Below are positions 56,931-64,000 of a DNA stretch of 64,000 bases, one piece after another. The first letter of the stretch is position 1; every line of letters starts with the position of its first letter. The DNA is from a virus, in the IMG/VR virus record IMGVR_UViG_3300025133_000029, positions 64,001 through 128,000 of that record; one strand, given 5' to 3'. Position numbers and translations under genes: made by a program. The notes under the pieces were generated by a model, which was given only the letters and a program-made list of their open reading frames with translations, was not told the origin of the DNA and made no database searches.

Positions 56931-58727
56931 CTACGACTTCATCTCTTTTTGAATCTCAGATTGATATTTTTTATCGAGTTTCCGTGGCTTCAGTATTTTT
57001 GATCGAACAAGCGCCTGCATGAGGAATTTGAACTCCTCGAGCGACCATTCGGTTATTCCCTTTGTTTCACCATCGGGCAGGTATCTATCTGGTGTGTCGT
57101 ACATGCGGCGAAAAGCACCGATCGCCTGTTGTTTACTTGGGAAGTTGAGAGCCACTTTGTCATCGTAAGGCTCGTCGTCTGTGTGTGGGTCTACAACGTG
57201 AAATACCCAAACCTTCTTTGGAGATTCTTCGTTTCCAAGAAAAACATCCAGGTGGTCTCCATCCGGTGCTATGCCAAGAGTTCCGCGGATATATCCATAA
57301 TCAGCAGGCATCGTTGTTGACCAAGATTTTCCTTGTGGTGATTCTCCTGATCTAGTGTTTCCTTGCGAGGTCTCGATCGAAATTCTCAGACCGTGATCAT
57401 ATTGTCTGGCATCGAGGGCACGTCTTCCTTTGTTTACATTGTCTATGGCCAGTGGGTCATTGTTTTGTGGGATAAAGATGTGTCGCAAGTGATCGATGTA
57501 TTGACGATGGAACTCGATACCTAAGAGGTTAGCAAGAGAGGAGATGGCTTCGATGTGTTGGATGATATAGCTGAAGCCCCAATAACCATCTTGTCGATCA
57601 TAGTGCAATGGAACACCCAGGACGGGACTAAGTAATTCTTCAAACAGTCGAGCTAAACATCTCCGAGGAGCGTCATTGTTGTGCAACCCATCCATGCGCC
57701 GTTTGTAGTGTTGTTGCATTTTATGTTCTGGGGTGAAGTGCAGTGGATGAATTCCGGTGCTTTTATCGGGGACGATGAGATTCCATTCTTGCGATGCTCG
57801 GATAAATTCTCTGACGTTTTTGTCCGCACTGGATGCTCTCTGTCCAAATCCTGTGTGGAAATCGAGCGCTTCCAGGAGGGCATGGGTCAGTGTATTGTTA
57901 GGCTTGTTTTTGTCTGGTTCCAGAATTGCTAAAGTGCGCCAATGAGATCGGTAGTAGCCAATCATCGAGTCGCCGGAGGATTTGTGTGTTTCTACAACAA
58001 GACCAATCCCGTGTCTTGCTAATGCTTCTCTTACACAAAATGCTCGATGGAGCTTGCCCATGTATGCAGTCAGTTGTTGAAACACAGGAAGTGCTAATTC
58101 ATATTGTCCTGCGAGCGGACCATCTTGTGGAGAGAAAAGTATCAAACCCCATCGATCCCATGCTTGTTGGATGTATTGTTCATACATTCGAACCCAAGGA
58201 TGTGCATCGGGATCTACTCCGAAAGACTTATAGTATTCTCTCCAGCCTATCGGGTTGTTTACCAAGTACTCTCTGGCAATAACGGCATCTCGTGTATGCC
58301 CAGAAAGCAGAAAGTGTTGGGGCGTGGTTTTATTCTGTTGGCTTTCTACCTGCGAAAGCATGAACACATAACTGGATGCGTCTTGTATAGCATCTTCGCT
58401 CATGGAGGGATGATTGTCTTCTTCCATGACTTGATGTTGTTGTAGTTCTACCAGAGCAGTAGAGCGAGATGTTTCTTCAGGAGCATCCATCAGAGCTTTG
58501 TATAGAGTTATTCGCTTTTGATGCAGAAAGAGATCTCGTCCACGAGTAGAAAGAGATGCGGCACCAGAACTTAATGTTGGCGCTGCATCTGTCGTCCATA
58601 TTTTTTCTATCTCAAGAGGAGGAGGTGGCGGGAGAGTTCCTTGTGTGTTGGTCCATTGTGGTGACCATGATACCTTTTTCTCACAGGGATGTTTATCGTC
58701 TAGACTGCCAAATGCAAAAGTAAACAT
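56931..58727 (-). CDS. Polyvalent-type protein: degenerate LPD1/zincin-like domain plus inorganic-pyrophosphatase-like (InPase) domain
   Basis: GLRISIET..G..RSG...WSTTMPADYGYIRGT..DGDHLDVFLG...YDDKV; TLTHALLEALD and CLARLFEE. Confidence 0.65.
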   Translation of the reverse strand: MFTFAFGSLDDKHPCEKKVSWSPQWTNTQGTLPPPPPLEIEKIWTTDAAPTLSSGAASLSTRGRDLFLHQKRITLYKALMDAPEETSRSTALVELQQHQVMEEDNHPSMSEDAIQDASSYVFMLSQVESQQNKTTPQHFLLSGHTRDAVIAREYLVNNPIGWREYYKSFGVDPDAHPWVRMYEQYIQQAWDRWGLILFSPQDGPLAGQYELALPVFQQLTAYMGKLHRAFCVREALARHGIGLVVETHKSSGDSMIGYYRSHWRTLAILEPDKNKPNNTLTHALLEALDFHTGFGQRASSADKNVREFIRASQEWNLIVPDKSTGIHPLHFTPEHKMQQHYKRRMDGLHNNDAPRRCLARLFEELLSPVLGVPLHYDRQDGYWGFSYIIQHIEAISSLANLLGIEFHRQYIDHLRHIFIPQNNDPLAIDNVNKGRRALDARQYDHGLRISIETSQGNTRSGESPQGKSWSTTMPADYGYIRGTLGIAPDGDHLDVFLGNEESPKKVWVFHVVDPHTDDEPYDDKVALNFPSKQQAIGAFRRMYDTPDRYLPDGETKGITEWSLEEFKFLMQALVRSKILKPRKLDKKYQSEIQKEMKS

Positions 58728-58838
58728 GGTGAACTCCGGTGAGTATAAAAGCTATCTTTATCGTAGAGTGAATTTATTTCATACACATCAATCTTGTATC
58801 AGATTATATAGGGTTTGATCGAGAACATGTAAAAAAAT

Positions 58839-58872
58839 AAAAAGGCCCAAGATATAAACCTTGGGCCTTTTT
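58839..58872. terminator. Bidirectional-type Rho-independent terminator
   Basis: AAAAAGGCCCAAG...CTTGGGCCTTTTT. Confidence 0.8.
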
Positions 58873-58965
58873 ACAAGGAGATAGGAGAGAGAGTGACAAA
58901 AACCTCGATGATCGTAGAGGAATCGTCAAGACAATTAGATCACACAGAGTAGATAATCGTCAAGT

Positions 58966-59880
58966 TTATGAGTTTGGTATTTGTGTAAAGATATTTGCCG
59001 TGGCTTGGTTTGGTGTGGTGAATACTCTTTTGTACCGTGTCGCGGGAATTCTAATCTGCACCCTAACTCCTCTTGGTAGCTTGAGTGAAAAGAATCCGTT
59101 ACTGTCCGTTTTGACCTTTTGTTCTCTATCTCCCCAGGCAACTCCCATTGTTAGGTTGGGCATGGCGATGAGTCTTCCAAAGACAGGGACATCAGCATAT
59201 GGGGTTGGGGGGTAATTCTCGGGATTCCACACTTGACCTGTCAGTTCAATAATTCCACTTCCAGGGATGCTCGAGGCATCATAGGTTACCTCCACTTTTC
59301 CACTGACTCTCCCACCGGGAGTATCGATATTAATAACCTTGTTTTTTCCCGGAGATATTGCGGTTCCAACGGTGACTTGTATTTGTGAGTCGGTATTGGC
59401 AGTGATGGCAACAATAACACCATCAATGGTAACAGATGTAGCGTTCGCTAAATCCTTCCCATTTAGATTGAGTGTGGCGTTGTGAGCTACTGGATCTGTT
59501 CCAACTCCTGGAGGTGCGTCAGTTTGCAGATTGAGTGTTGGTGGATCTTGAGCAGGATAGGTTGGGAAAGTGGTGACAACGTGTAGTTGATCTTGATATG
59601 TAACAAAGGCTCCAGGCGTTACCGGAGTTATTCGGTATCGAAAAATCCCGGCAGTATCAACATCGCCGATGCTAAATTTCAGGGTATATAGACCTGGAGT
59701 GACAGCGGTTCTATCAATCCAATCGGATATCAGTATTGATTTTGAAGTAAATCCTGGATCTCCTTCTTTTTTTATAGTCACTAGTACTTCGGAATGTAGC
59801 AGGTTATCAACGGGAACATTATTGCTATCGAAAAGTTGTACTGCGTCTTCGGTTGCTACGCTTTTAAGGACTGTGTTCAT
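58966..59880 (-). CDS. Virion structural protein with IPT/TIG (Ig-like) domain
   Basis: LNGKDLANATSVTIDG...NTDSQIQVTV...IDTPGG. Confidence 0.6.
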   Translation of the reverse strand: MNTVLKSVATEDAVQLFDSNNVPVDNLLHSEVLVTIKKEGDPGFTSKSILISDWIDRTAVTPGLYTLKFSIGDVDTAGIFRYRITPVTPGAFVTYQDQLHVVTTFPTYPAQDPPTLNLQTDAPPGVGTDPVAHNATLNLNGKDLANATSVTIDGVIVAITANTDSQIQVTVGTAISPGKNKVINIDTPGGRVSGKVEVTYDASSIPGSGIIELTGQVWNPENYPPTPYADVPVFGRLIAMPNLTMGVAWGDREQKVKTDSNGFFSLKLPRGVRVQIRIPATRYKRVFTTPNQATANIFTQIPNS

Positions 59881-59946
59881 ATTATGGCACCTCTTTTTCA
59901 AAACTTTATACTTTTCCAAGATACAGTGGTCTTGTGAAAGGTACAA

Positions 59947-59963
59947 TCTTTAGAGTCTAAAGA
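59947..59963. repeat. Dispersed palindrome TCTTTAGA-G-TCTAAAGA
   Basis: Exact core, intergenic. Confidence 0.95.
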
Positions 59964-60045
59964 TTATATAGATGGGGTGGGGAGAGGATTTAGATTAGGA
60001 GTGTGGGGGAGGGGAAGTGGTGGGATTGGGGTGGGGTGTTTGGGC

Positions 60046-60459
60046 TTAGGAGATTCGGTGGAATTCGACTTCGACCCAAAGCTCGAGGATGCCAGCATCG
60101 CCATCGGTCAGTTCGATATCAACAGTATCGACGCCACCTGTAAAGAGGGAGTAGGCAGCGGTTGTGCTCAGGTCGCCAGAATTGACGGACTTGCCAACGG
60201 CAGTGGCACTGGAAAGATCCATGACAGCAGCGAGGGCAGAGTTTGCACCGCTCTTTATATCGAGGGTGTCACCTGCGCCACCGACTCCACCAACGAGGAG
60301 GGCTTTGGCGGATTTGAATTGCAAGACCATTCCAGTGGGAACAGCAACACTGACAGTCCCTGCAGCAGTGAGTTTTTGTACAAACTTAGGATTGTTTGAC
60401 CATGCTCCATTGAGTTGTGGGGCAGAGTTTTCGGCACCTATTTGCGTGGGAAACGACAT
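60046..60459 (-). CDS. Probable virion structural protein
   Basis: 137 aa, small-residue beta-rich, AGGAG RBS. Confidence 0.55.
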   Translation of the reverse strand: MSFPTQIGAENSAPQLNGAWSNNPKFVQKLTAAGTVSVAVPTGMVLQFKSAKALLVGGVGGAGDTLDIKSGANSALAAVMDLSSATAVGKSVNSGDLSTTAAYSLFTGGVDTVDIELTDGDAGILELWVEVEFHRIS

Positions 60460-60521
60460 AAGGAATTTCTCCTATATTGTGGGGTATATGCTTTGTTTGT
60501 GATGTTTGCGTGTGTAGGGGT

Positions 60522-61130
60522 TTAGGATTTGCGGGTAGAGCGTCGGAAGTGTGCAGAGTTCACGTCAAGAGCTTTGGCGATGTCACTCGGCTCGAGTCGC
60601 ATTTTATCAGTGGGGGATGCGATGAGAGAGACACCGATGGTTCGAACGCCTACTTCCGCATTGTTGAAGGAAACGTAGATGAGGGTTTGTTTGGGGATGA
60701 TGATGTTTGATTTTTTCCCAGTGACGGTATCTCCGATAGCCACTCCATCGATTTGCTTGAGGAACTTGATGGACTTTGCGGGAAAGTTATTGGTAGCAAA
60801 CCCGGTCACGCCGAAAGTTGTCCCTTCGGTGCCAGTTCCCCCAACGACGTCAGCATCAGCTGCAGTTCGTGTATGCAGCTTGATGGTCGTACCCGCTGCG
60901 ATAAGAGCATTGTTCTGAAGGTTTGCGATAGCGATTTGTTTGATATGTACAGGATGCTCGAAGAAGCCAAGGCAGACGTGTTTTTCTTGTCCACTATTTG
61001 TTTCGATTTCACGCATACTGCAAATTTCAGCAACGTTGAGTTGCTCTGTGATCTCACGAACAACATTCGATCCAAGATCATCAATAACGCGAATCTCGTT
61101 TCCAGATCCGGCTCTGCGGTTTCTACCCAT
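60522..61130 (-). CDS. Probable virion structural protein
   Basis: 202 aa, beta-rich, AGGAG RBS. Confidence 0.55.
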   Translation of the reverse strand: MGRNRRAGSGNEIRVIDDLGSNVVREITEQLNVAEICSMREIETNSGQEKHVCLGFFEHPVHIKQIAIANLQNNALIAAGTTIKLHTRTAADADVVGGTGTEGTTFGVTGFATNNFPAKSIKFLKQIDGVAIGDTVTGKKSNIIIPKQTLIYVSFNNAEVGVRTIGVSLIASPTDKMRLEPSDIAKALDVNSAHFRRSTRKS

Positions 61131-61293
61131 TGTTTTGTTCTCCTGTGTTTGCCAATTGAATCTATAAACAAGCCTATAAAAATAATGACTTGCTCGTTAT
61201 TCTTACACGTAGGAGGGTATGCGAAAGATTCTTTTCTGGTCAAGTTATAAAAAAATGTCAGCTTTTTATTTAGTATTACGTTATATTGTATAT

Positions 61294-61498
61294 AGCATTC
61301 TGCGAAGTACCCCCTCACTGATCAGAATGCTGCCCTTGGAAGCCTTTCAGGCAGGTGATTGTTTTATTCTAACGCGAGTTGAGACCCAACCCTTCCCTCC
61401 GGGTTGGAGTTTCCTCCCTCAGAATAGAGATGAGTGGATCCCCACCAAAGAACTCATCTCATAAAACGTTCGCCTCCTGGAAGGCTTCTTGTTTTTTG
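61294..61498 (+). ncRNA. Candidate structured non-coding RNA
   Basis: 5' hairpin 61294-61331; about 19-bp closing stem 61339-61358/61470-61488 with U-G pairs on +; two internal hairpins; U-rich tail. Confidence 0.5.
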
Positions 61499-61510
61499 TA
61501 GTTCTTTTCT

Positions 61511-61527
61511 TCTTTAGACTCTAAAGA
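61511..61527. repeat. Dispersed palindrome TCTTTAGA-C-TCTAAAGA
   Basis: Exact core, intergenic. Confidence 0.95.
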
Positions 61528-61531
61528 AATA

Positions 61532-62524
61532 CTAATCTCCTTTTGTAGTTCGTGACCACTCTCTATACATTTTTCTTTTTTGATGCTCGTATTCGGCTTC
61601 ATCTGAGGAGATGATATTGTAATAATCATCCTCGTTGAAAACTAACCAGCCTAGCTCTCTAAATTCTTCTGGAGGGATGGTAGAGTCAACTTCGGACTCC
61701 TCTATGATAAACCTTCCGTTGTAGAAGATCCCAAAAAACTCTTTCGAGTATGCGAATGTCTTGGAGTCTACCCAGTTTTCAAAATTCCACCCACCTGTCA
61801 CATAATCCACAAGTTCCAAAGGCAGTCCCCCTTCTGGGTTAAAGAAGTTCATTATCCGCAATTCAAACTCCCCTCCCCAAAAGCAACCATCGGCAACGAG
61901 CAGGTTTCCATCTGGGCTTGCGACCATTGACGAGATGCACCAACCGAACCCCTGCAACTTTCCAGCGTGGATTAAACACCAGCGTTGCCGGGTATCGAGG
62001 TTTATCAGGTCTAGTCCTTGGTAGTCTTCTCCACATAAAAGGTATTCATTCCCATTGAGATGATCTACAAAGCAATGCCAGAAGGATGAGTAATTTCTAT
62101 ATATGGCAAAGTGTTCTTTTGTATCATATGGGATTCTTATTGTGCCCTTTGTCAGCTTCCAGGTCCTTCGCCCCGCTTGATAGAAATCAATAGAGAGTTC
62201 CCATCTACCTGAAGGAGAGGTGAAAAACTTTTTAACCCCTCTAACTTTATTTTTGTCTGCGTAGAGGTGCATTCTGTCTCTGCGCATAAGAGCCATATAT
62301 TCTTCTATAGGTATGGATTTGTGTATATTTTCTAGTTCAGTCCATAGCGCTCCAGAGATTGCGCTGTAGGCATCCCCAAGTATTTTTCTGTCCAGGTGTC
62401 GTATTTCGTATCGCACCATATCCATTCTTCTAAGCTTCTGTGTAGTCTCGAACGACCACGGGAGTTTTCGAAGATTGTGTATGATCCGACGAAGCTTCAT
62501 TCCTATTTTTTGAAAAATGTTCAT
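61532..62524 (-). CDS. Hypothetical protein
   Basis: 330-aa ORF. Confidence 0.6.
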   Translation of the reverse strand: MNIFQKIGMKLRRIIHNLRKLPWSFETTQKLRRMDMVRYEIRHLDRKILGDAYSAISGALWTELENIHKSIPIEEYMALMRRDRMHLYADKNKVRGVKKFFTSPSGRWELSIDFYQAGRRTWKLTKGTIRIPYDTKEHFAIYRNYSSFWHCFVDHLNGNEYLLCGEDYQGLDLINLDTRQRWCLIHAGKLQGFGWCISSMVASPDGNLLVADGCFWGGEFELRIMNFFNPEGGLPLELVDYVTGGWNFENWVDSKTFAYSKEFFGIFYNGRFIIEESEVDSTIPPEEFRELGWLVFNEDDYYNIISSDEAEYEHQKRKMYREWSRTTKGD

Positions 62525-62717
62525 TTTCTTCCATCTTCTCCTTGTTTATTTTTTGTTCTATATAAAGTAATCGTAAAGGGTTGATCGGCGCGAAGGTTTT
62601 TTATTATCTGCTTTGTTTGTCTTTTTTTTTTGTGTATAGTGTAGAGGTTTTTTACAAAACTTGGCGATAGTCTTGGTTTCTATTGTCATTCTTCCCTTAG
62701 TAGACAGGAGAGCAGAG

Positions 62718-63281
62718 ATGGCGAGGTTATACGTTGATCAGTATGTTGGCAGGGCGAGAACAGTTAGTGTGGGTGGGCACAATGTTCGGTTCGATGAGAA
62801 CGGTGTGTGTGAACACGAAAGCCTTTCCTTTTTAGAGACGGTTCGAAGGGTTGTGCCGAGCGGTGTTATTCTTTCTGAAGAAGTGGTTGCCGAAGAAGTT
62901 CCAGAGGTAGTTGAGGAGCCTGTTGAAGTTGCTCCAGAAGCTCCAGAGGTAGTTGAGGAGCCTGCCGAACCAGAGGTGAAGCTTGCGATTGAATCGCCAA
63001 AAGAAGTCGAAAAAGACACTCCCGCTCCTGCTCCCGCCTCTGGTGATTGGAGAGAAGATGTTCGTCGGAAGGTGGAAGAGGATAAGAAGGCAAAAGAATC
63101 CGAGGCGCCTGCAGTTCCTACTACTTCTGTTCCCGAAGCTCCAGTGGTTCCGGAAGCTCCAGCAACACCTGTCCCTGAAGCTCCTTCAGCGAAAAAGAAA
63201 GCAGGGAGCAAGAAGAAGTCTTCGAATAAAAAGAAGTCGTCGAATAAAAAGAAGGGAAAGCGCAGTAAGATAAAAGAGTAG
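62718..63281 (+). CDS. Low-complexity Glu/Pro/Ala-rich protein with Lys-rich C-tail
   Basis: AGGAG RBS; PEVVEEP and PEAP repeats; KKKSSNKKKSSNKKK. Confidence 0.6.
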   Translation: MARLYVDQYVGRARTVSVGGHNVRFDENGVCEHESLSFLETVRRVVPSGVILSEEVVAEEVPEVVEEPVEVAPEAPEVVEEPAEPEVKLAIESPKEVEKDTPAPAPASGDWREDVRRKVEEDKKAKESEAPAVPTTSVPEAPVVPEAPATPVPEAPSAKKKAGSKKKSSNKKKSSNKKKGKRSKIKE

Positions 63282-63303
63282 ACATGATCGCTAGGAGAGA
63301 GAT

Positions 63304-63597
63304 ATGGCAGGAAAAGATTCTTTCATTTGTCCCAATTGCAAGGGTTCTTACTTTGGGACAACCCGAGACAAAAAGAGAAAGACAACAACCTTGAACTGTC
63401 ATGGTTATATCTCAACAGGCCCCGGGAAACATTCTCGCCCTTGTGGATACAGTGTCCCTTATACCCTGGAAGGTCTTGGCGAAGACAACTATCGTCGCCT
63501 AACCAGAAATGCAGGAACTGTTATGGTTGGAGTGAGTGTGGGTCCGATCAAGACGGTCGAGGTAAAGAAGCGATCTCCTGGATACACTTTGCCTTAG
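63304..63597 (+). CDS. Small Zn-ribbon protein
   Basis: CPNC...C...C; AGGAG RBS. Confidence 0.5.
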   Translation: MAGKDSFICPNCKGSYFGTTRDKKRKTTTLNCHGYISTGPGKHSRPCGYSVPYTLEGLGEDNYRRLTRNAGTVMVGVSVGPIKTVEVKKRSPGYTLP

Positions 63598-63611
63598 ATA
63601 AGCCCCTCGCC

Positions 63612-63902
63612 CTATGAATGGAAGAGGGCATCCTGCCATTCACTTCTCCACCTCTCTGCTCTCTCAGACATTTGAAATCCTCTCCTCTTTATGACCTCCA
63701 GAATCTCCCTCTCCCAGAAGCCTCTTGTTAGTTCACACCAAAAGTCAAAGACCAGTTCATCCACGATGTCGCTTGTGCTAAAGGCACTGTATATAGGTTC
63801 CCGCATGTTGTTTCTGAGGTATCTGATTGTTCTGGCGATGGCTCGAATGACTTCGATCTGTCTATCAAATAAATCAATATCGTTCCCCAGGAACTCCCAC
63901 AC
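63612..63902 (-). CDS. Hypothetical protein
   Basis: 96-aa ORF. Confidence 0.4.
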   Translation of the reverse strand: MWEFLGNDIDLFDRQIEVIRAIARTIRYLRNNMREPIYSAFSTSDIVDELVFDFWCELTRGFWEREILEVIKRRGFQMSERAERWRSEWQDALFHS

Positions 63903-64000
63903 AAGATTAGCAGTACTTATGTATTGATTGGTTTGAATTGCTATTTGATAGGCTTGCGGGGAGAGTGAAGGATCCGGAGATGGAGACTCCTCTTCTCTTT

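Noticed and set aside
61219-61464. 81-aa plus-strand ORF
   Set aside because: No protein-like features; it overlaps an AT-rich promoter-like stretch and the strongly base-paired region better explained as ncRNA.
61339-61488. Retron msr-msd (terminal inverted repeats enclosing hairpins)
   Set aside because: No reverse transcriptase is adjacent or anywhere in the window.
2825-61527. Palindromes as CRISPR repeats or transposon ends
   Set aside because: Copies are kilobases apart with no regular spacers, no cas or transposase gene is seen, and no target-site duplications are evident.
1-64000. Stop-codon reassignment as in some jumbo phages
   Set aside because: Conserved genes are full length in code 11 and end in TAG, TAA or TGA; coding density is high.
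1-64000. tRNA/tmRNA/rRNA genes
   Set aside because: The GGTTCGA-like hits I noticed (about 3992 and 60640) are inside CDSs without a cloverleaf. A tRNAscan/ARAGORN run is still advisable.

Overview
This 64-kb window looks like part of a large (jumbo-type) tailed dsDNA phage genome read in the standard genetic code. It has a Herelleviridae/SPO1-Twort-like head module (prohead protease, scaffold-like protein, major capsid protein at 38.9-42.7 kb), a probable terminase small subunit, and large low-complexity proteins that are probably packaged in the head. Accessory genes include tandem-domain ThyX, an NYN-cold-shock protein, a nicotinamidase/vWA/vWA/PP2C/YegI-type kinase (TerY-P-like) cluster, a DHH phosphoesterase, translation initiation factor IF3, a ParB-MTase fusion, a stand-alone ParB, a pol-beta-type nucleotidyltransferase and an LPD1-like/InPase protein. 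The strongest unexplained signal is a 17-bp palindrome, TCTTTAGA-N-TCTAAAGA. I found 18 exact copies by eye, plus 3 with one mismatch and 1 degenerate, about every 3 kb and almost all intergenic. Its core TTTAGA(S)TCTAAA differs from the RK2 KorB operator TTTAGC(S)GCTAAA only at the symmetric pair flanking the centre. Together with the ParB-family gene at 28.5 kb, this suggests a phage-wide KorB/parS-like clamp regulon (inference). Other highlights are an infC gene with an AUU start missed by the ORF track, a candidate structured ncRNA at about 61.3-61.5 kb, and repeated K-S/K-A motifs that probably mark prohead-protease substrates. I recognised no tRNA, rRNA, CRISPR array, portal or large terminase. 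All product calls come from motif recognition; no database searches were run.
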